Assembly: GCA_944320495.1 (NCBI GenBank)
Contig: CALUHR010000003.1
Coordinates: 128,001 to 192,000, forward strand
Direction: 5' to 3'
Source: Candidatus Methanomethylophilaceae archaeon
Lineage (GTDB): Archaea > Thermoplasmatota > Thermoplasmata > Methanomassiliicoccales > Methanomethylophilaceae
Length of the DNA stretch: 64,000 nt
Under the pieces are notes generated by a model that was not told where the DNA came from, searched no databases, and saw nothing but the letters and a program-made list of their open reading frames with translations. This document shows positions 59,850 through 64,000 of this stretch, piece after piece; position 1 is the first letter of the stretch; the number at the start of each line of letters is the position of its first letter. A program made the position numbers and the translations under genes.

Positions 59850-60536
59850 TCACTGAGACCCTACGGTATCCTCGGCCGACTGGATGCACTTGGTGAGGAC
59901 CGAGTAGGCGTTGATCATATCGGACTCGCCGACGATGAAGATCGTATCAGTGTGACAGCTGACGGTCTCCTCGATGTTTATGCCAGCATCCGAGAGGTTC
60001 GTGATCAGATAGGCGATGACACCGCTGGTGTCCACAATCTTCTCTGGGGACTTGACGGCGATCTCCACCAGGTTCTCGCGGACCTTGATCAGATTGAAAC
60101 GGCCGACCGTATCTATGATGCGTTCCTTCAGACGGGAATCGGCGATGATCGTGACCGCCGAGGCGGACTGGACGCACTGCATGATGCTGTCCTCGTTCCA
60201 CAGGTCCTTGAAGAGGTTGTCCATCTTGTGCAAAACGGACCAATCGTTCTTCGCGGTAACGATGCAGGTCTTGGTGCGCATCTCGAGCCTGCTGTCCTTG
60301 AGGATGCTCAGGATGCTCATCTCGTGGTCGGTGGTCACCGAGAGCTTGGACGAGTACCTGCGACAGGCTATCATGACCGCCTCCTCGTTGTCCACACCGA
60401 GGTCCTTCATTATGGTACGGGCCAGTGACGAGTAGTTGATCAGACCTTTCGAAACACAGTCCTTGATGCTCGGATGTGCGTCGATGTACATGCGAGTCTT
60501 CTCGGCGAGACTCTCCTTGCTGACGCTCTTGGACAT
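59850..60536 (-). CDS. Archaeal HTH plus ACT domain protein
   Basis: HPSIKDCVSKGLINYSSLAR; C-terminal SGVIAYL...GINIEETVSCHTD ACT. Confidence 0.85.
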   Translation of the reverse strand: MSKSVSKESLAEKTRMYIDAHPSIKDCVSKGLINYSSLARTIMKDLGVDNEEAVMIACRRYSSKLSVTTDHEMSILSILKDSRLEMRTKTCIVTAKNDWSVLHKMDNLFKDLWNEDSIMQCVQSASAVTIIADSRLKERIIDTVGRFNLIKVRENLVEIAVKSPEKIVDTSGVIAYLITNLSDAGINIEETVSCHTDTIFIVGESDMINAYSVLTKCIQSAEDTVGSQ

Positions 60537-60634
60537 GCGGAAACAATCGCCTTCGGGGTATATTATCCTGTCTCAAACTGGACAGAACAAAGTAAACCGT
60601 TCAGAAAAATGAACAGAATGTCCCGAACGGAGAA

Positions 60635-61291
60635 TCAGTGGGAACCAGACGACTCCTCGTTCCCGATCTTCTTCATCATCTCGAAGGCGGTCTCGCTGTA
60701 GATGTCGGCACCGATCTTGTCGGCGAACGCCTGCGTGACCGGGGTTCCGCCGACCATGACAACGACACCGTTCCTGATGTCATTTTCCTGCAGATTGTCG
60801 ATGACGTCCTTGAGGACCATCATGGTCGTCGTCATCAGAGACGACATCCCGCAGTATTCGGCCCCGTTCTTGATCTCCTTGATGAAACTCGTGGCCGGTA
60901 CATCCCTCCCCATATCATGGACCTCATATCCCGCAATCCTCAGGAGCACCGTGCAGATGTTCTTGCCGATGTCGTGTGTATCGCCCTCGACGGTTCCGAT
61001 CACGACGATCTTGTTCTTGGGAGCGGAGACCTCATCTGATTCGAGCTGAGGCATGATGAGCTCCATAGCGCTCTCGATACCCGCCGAGGTCATCAGGATC
61101 TGCGGAAGGAAGATCTTTCCCCTGTCGAAGAGGATACCGACCTCGCGCATGCAGATCTGGATGGAGTTGATGAGTGTCACGGCGTCCACACCGTTGTCGA
61201 GGTAGTCGGCGACCACCCTCTTGACGTCGGCATCGGAGCCACCCATCAGCACCTTCTTCAGTTCCTTGAGATCAGGTCCATTCTCCGCCAT
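60635..61291 (-). CDS. Methyltransferase cognate corrinoid protein (MtaC/MtbC family)
   Basis: B12 cap (GILFDRGKIFLPQ), EGDTHDIGKN (DxHxxG), SSLMTTT, MVGG, GAD. Confidence 0.92.
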   Translation of the reverse strand: MAENGPDLKELKKVLMGGSDADVKRVVADYLDNGVDAVTLINSIQICMREVGILFDRGKIFLPQILMTSAGIESAMELIMPQLESDEVSAPKNKIVVIGTVEGDTHDIGKNICTVLLRIAGYEVHDMGRDVPATSFIKEIKNGAEYCGMSSLMTTTMMVLKDVIDNLQENDIRNGVVVMVGGTPVTQAFADKIGADIYSETAFEMMKKIGNEESSGSH

Positions 61292-61415
61292 TTCATCACC
61301 AGGGAAACTTTATCCGCTCTTCAAATCTGATATAATACCACTAAGCGAAGGGCATATACAATACTTGCTCGAAGTGTCGCATATCTCTGGCCGACGCCCG
61401 AGGTGATACGTACCG

Positions 61416-62249
61416 TCACTTCTTTTTCTTCTTCCTCTCCTTGAAGGGCTCCTCGAAGTATATGTCCAGGAACTTATCCAGCTTCTTTTCGGCGTCCCCC
61501 TCCTTCCTCTCGGAGGGCCTCTTGGCGGTCCACACCCGGGAGTAGTTCATGGACGCATCCATCAGCTGCTCGATGTAGGACAGCACGGGCTGTTCCATCC
61601 AGAATTTCACCGCTTTGGAGACGCGGTCGCGACCCTCCTTGTTCAGCCTCATTTTGATCTTGTTGGCCAGGAAGGGCATGTACTCTACGAAGAAGCCCAT
61701 CTCCTCTTCGGCCCTCTTCGCCTCGCCGGGAAGCGTGGGTAGCCTGTCCTGGAACCGCACGAACACATCGTGCGCCTCGTTGAGCAGCTTGACCATATCG
61801 CTCAGATCCGGATAGACCTTGAACGATTCGAAGGTGACGTATACATACTCGGAGAACAGCCTGTGCAGCTGTCTCTTGGTCACGGCCTCCGGGATGGCGT
61901 TGACGTACATCCCCATCACATCCTCCATCAGGTCCCTCTCGGTGAGGACCGATGCAAGATCGGCGAGACCGTTGCGGTTGTAGAACTCCGAGTCGGGAAG
62001 GTGGCTGATGACACAGTCGCGCATGGCCTGGAGCATCTCCCTGTACTCCCCGTCCGTCGGCTGGCCGTTGCTCTTGACGAATGCCCTCCAAACGTTGGTA
62101 GCTTCGGAGAAATTGTTCCTCTTCATGACCTGGATGCCGCCTTCGAGACTGCGACTGGCGGCGCTTCCGGGCATCGGAGCACCGCACTTGGTGCAGAATT
62201 CGGGCTTCTCCCCCAGGATCAGCTTCCCACAGCAGACACATTTTGCCAT
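61416..62249 (-). CDS. Zinc-ribbon hypothetical protein
   Basis: CVCCG...FCTKCGAP N-terminus, helical body, basic tail. Confidence 0.75.
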   Translation of the reverse strand: MAKCVCCGKLILGEKPEFCTKCGAPMPGSAASRSLEGGIQVMKRNNFSEATNVWRAFVKSNGQPTDGEYREMLQAMRDCVISHLPDSEFYNRNGLADLASVLTERDLMEDVMGMYVNAIPEAVTKRQLHRLFSEYVYVTFESFKVYPDLSDMVKLLNEAHDVFVRFQDRLPTLPGEAKRAEEEMGFFVEYMPFLANKIKMRLNKEGRDRVSKAVKFWMEQPVLSYIEQLMDASMNYSRVWTAKRPSERKEGDAEKKLDKFLDIYFEEPFKERKKKKK

Positions 62250-62358
62250 TGGTTCACACCTGTCCTCCCGCGGGTCCGACGGACTCGGCGATGGTCGTAC
62301 GAACCGACGCCGGGGATGACGCTCCTGCACGCATGTACCCCCTCACGGAAACTGACGG

Positions 62359-63633
62359 TCAATGGTACCACCCGCTTAAAAGGTTGCTACTGGCACTTCT
62401 TCGTTTTAGGAGGTTTTCGGGCGGGGAGGACCCCGCCCGCGGGCATCGCCCTCGGAGCTGCTCCAACACCTCCCTCAGGAGGCCGGTGAACACATCCTTC
62501 TGCGCATCCGTGAGGATTAGCGGGGGTATGAGACGGATTGTCCCTCCATGGGCGACGTTTATCAGGACGCCGTTCTCGCGACAGTACCTCTGGACGTGGG
62601 CGGCCGTCTCCTTGGAGTCCATCTCCACCCCGATGATGAGCCCGCATCCGCGGACCTCCCTAATCCTTGGGGAGTCGATGGCCTTCAGATCGGCCATCCA
62701 GCGGGCGCCCATCTCCTTGACATGGGGCACGATCCCATCGCGCTTCATGATGTCGATGGTCGCGCATCCTGCGGCGCACACCAGCGGGTTCCCTCCGAAC
62801 GTGGTGCCATGAGACCCGGGCGTCATCACCTTGGAGATCTCATCGGTGGAGTTCACCGCACCGATCGGCACACCTCCGCCGAGGGCCTTCGCCATGGTCA
62901 TGATGTCTGGAACGACACCGTAGTTCTGTATGCCGTACCATTCGCCGGTGCGGCCTATCCCGGTCTGCACCTCGTCGGTGATCATTAGCGTACCGTTGTC
63001 GGTGCACAGGTCGCGGACGCCCTTGAAGAACTCGACGGTGGCCGTGTGGACGCCGCTCTCCCCCTGTATCGGTTCTACGATGAGCGCTGCGACGTCCCGT
63101 GTCATGAGCTCCTTCACCGATTCCAGGTCACCGAAGCGGAAATACCCGTACGAATGGGCGATAAGCGGCTCAAAGGACCTCTGGATGGACTCCTGGCCCG
63201 TGGCGCCCATGGCGGCGGACGTTCTCCCGTGGAAACCGTCGAAGGCCGCGATGACCTTGGAGCGTCCTGTGTAGCGGACCGCCAGCTTCAGTGCCCCTTC
63301 GTTGGCCTCCGCCCCACTGTTGACGAACAGCGTGCGGTCCATGCCGTCGGGCGTGATCGATGCGACCCTCTCGGCCAGATCCGCCTGCTCCCCCACGTAG
63401 TAGAGGTTGGAGACGTGAGCCATCTTGGCTGCCTGCGCCTGGACCGCCGCGACCCAGTCTGGATGCGCGTATCCGAGAGCGTTGACGGCTATGCCGGCCA
63501 CCAGGTCGAGGTACTCGCGCCCATCGCTCCCGTGGAGGTAGCAGCCGCTGCCGTGTGTAAAGGACAGCGGTATGCGGCCGTAGTTCTGGAACAGATAACG
63601 GTCGCTCTTCTCCTTGACTGATTCGAAACCCAT
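62359..63633 (-). CDS. argD: Acetylornithine aminotransferase (inferred true end CGA 62452-62454)
   Basis: YLDLVAGIAVNALG, NSGAEANE, FHGRT, EPIQGESG, DEVQTGIGRTG, AKALGGG, TFGGNP. Confidence 0.95.
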   Translation of the reverse strand: MGFESVKEKSDRYLFQNYGRIPLSFTHGSGCYLHGSDGREYLDLVAGIAVNALGYAHPDWVAAVQAQAAKMAHVSNLYYVGEQADLAERVASITPDGMDRTLFVNSGAEANEGALKLAVRYTGRSKVIAAFDGFHGRTSAAMGATGQESIQRSFEPLIAHSYGYFRFGDLESVKELMTRDVAALIVEPIQGESGVHTATVEFFKGVRDLCTDNGTLMITDEVQTGIGRTGEWYGIQNYGVVPDIMTMAKALGGGVPIGAVNSTDEISKVMTPGSHGTTFGGNPLVCAAGCATIDIMKRDGIVPHVKEMGARWMADLKAIDSPRIREVRGCGLIIGVEMDSKETAAHVQRYCRENGVLINVAHGGTIRLIPPLILTDAQKDVFTGLLREVLEQLRGRCPRAGSSPPENLLKRRSASSNLLSGWYH

Positions 63634-63639
63634 CTTGCA

Positions 63640-64000
63640 TCACTTCGTGATAACGGTCCCGTGCGGGACCCCCTTCGTTATGTCTGTGACTATGTTGCGC
63701 GGATCCTTCCCGTTGACCATCCTCACGGTGGAAACGCCGGCCAACAGCGCGTTCCTGCAGGCCTCGACCTTGGGGATCATCCCTCCGGAGATGGTTCCGT
63801 CGGCGATGAGCGCGTCAACCTCCCCCAGCGTGAGCGAGTTGACCTTGGACGACGGGTCGTTCACGTCCAGCAGTATCCCGGGTACGTCGGTTATCGTGAT
63901 CATCTCCTCGCATCCGACACCGGCGGCAATTCCTGCCACCATTGTGTCTGCGTTGACGTTCAGCTTCGTCCCCTCTGCATCCTTCCCTATCGGATAGATG
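63640..64000 (-). CDS. argB: Acetylglutamate kinase, 5'-partial
   Basis: LNVNADTMVA, TDVPGIL, GGMIPKVEAC, GTVI; adjacent to argD. Confidence 0.92.
   Translation of the reverse strand, partial: IYPIGKDAEGTKLNVNADTMVAGIAAGVGCEEMITITDVPGILLDVNDPSSKVNSLTLGEVDALIADGTISGGMIPKVEACRNALLAGVSTVRMVNGKDPRNIVTDITKGVPHGTVITK

Noticed and set aside
1421-63621. Many long ORFs antisense or out of frame to real genes (e.g. 2862-4136, 4905-6050, 6484-8043, 24218-25939, 32483-33961, 56815-58200)
   Set aside because: Shadow ORFs of GC3-rich coding; no motifs, and they fully overlap well-supported genes.

Overview
A GC-rich archaeal chromosome segment. TBP, ABCE1, archaeal MetRS, a RamA-type corrinoid activase, an MtaC-like corrinoid protein, a Sel1-repeat protein and pilin-like genes together point to a host-associated Methanomassiliicoccales/Methanomethylophilaceae methanogen (inference). 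It holds about 65 CDS (transport, pyrimidine/arginine/cysteine/methionine metabolism), three tRNAs (Cys-GCA, Thr-TGT, Arg-CCT), two pseudogenes, a trpE-integrase chimera at tRNA-Thr, and an AT-rich DUF6978/DUF1828 islet. No rRNA or CRISPR array was seen. Main discovery: the Arg codon CGA appears to act as a translation stop. At least 14 genes have an in-frame CGA at, or within two codons of, where the protein plausibly ends, often followed by a hairpin, a second stop, or an implausibly long antisense overlap. I found no CGA inside several hundred hand-checked Arg codons in about 24 genes, and no gene I called ends in TAG. CDS coordinates run to the first standard stop unless stated; inferred CGA ends are given in the evidence. 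Family names come from motif recognition only, with no database searches.
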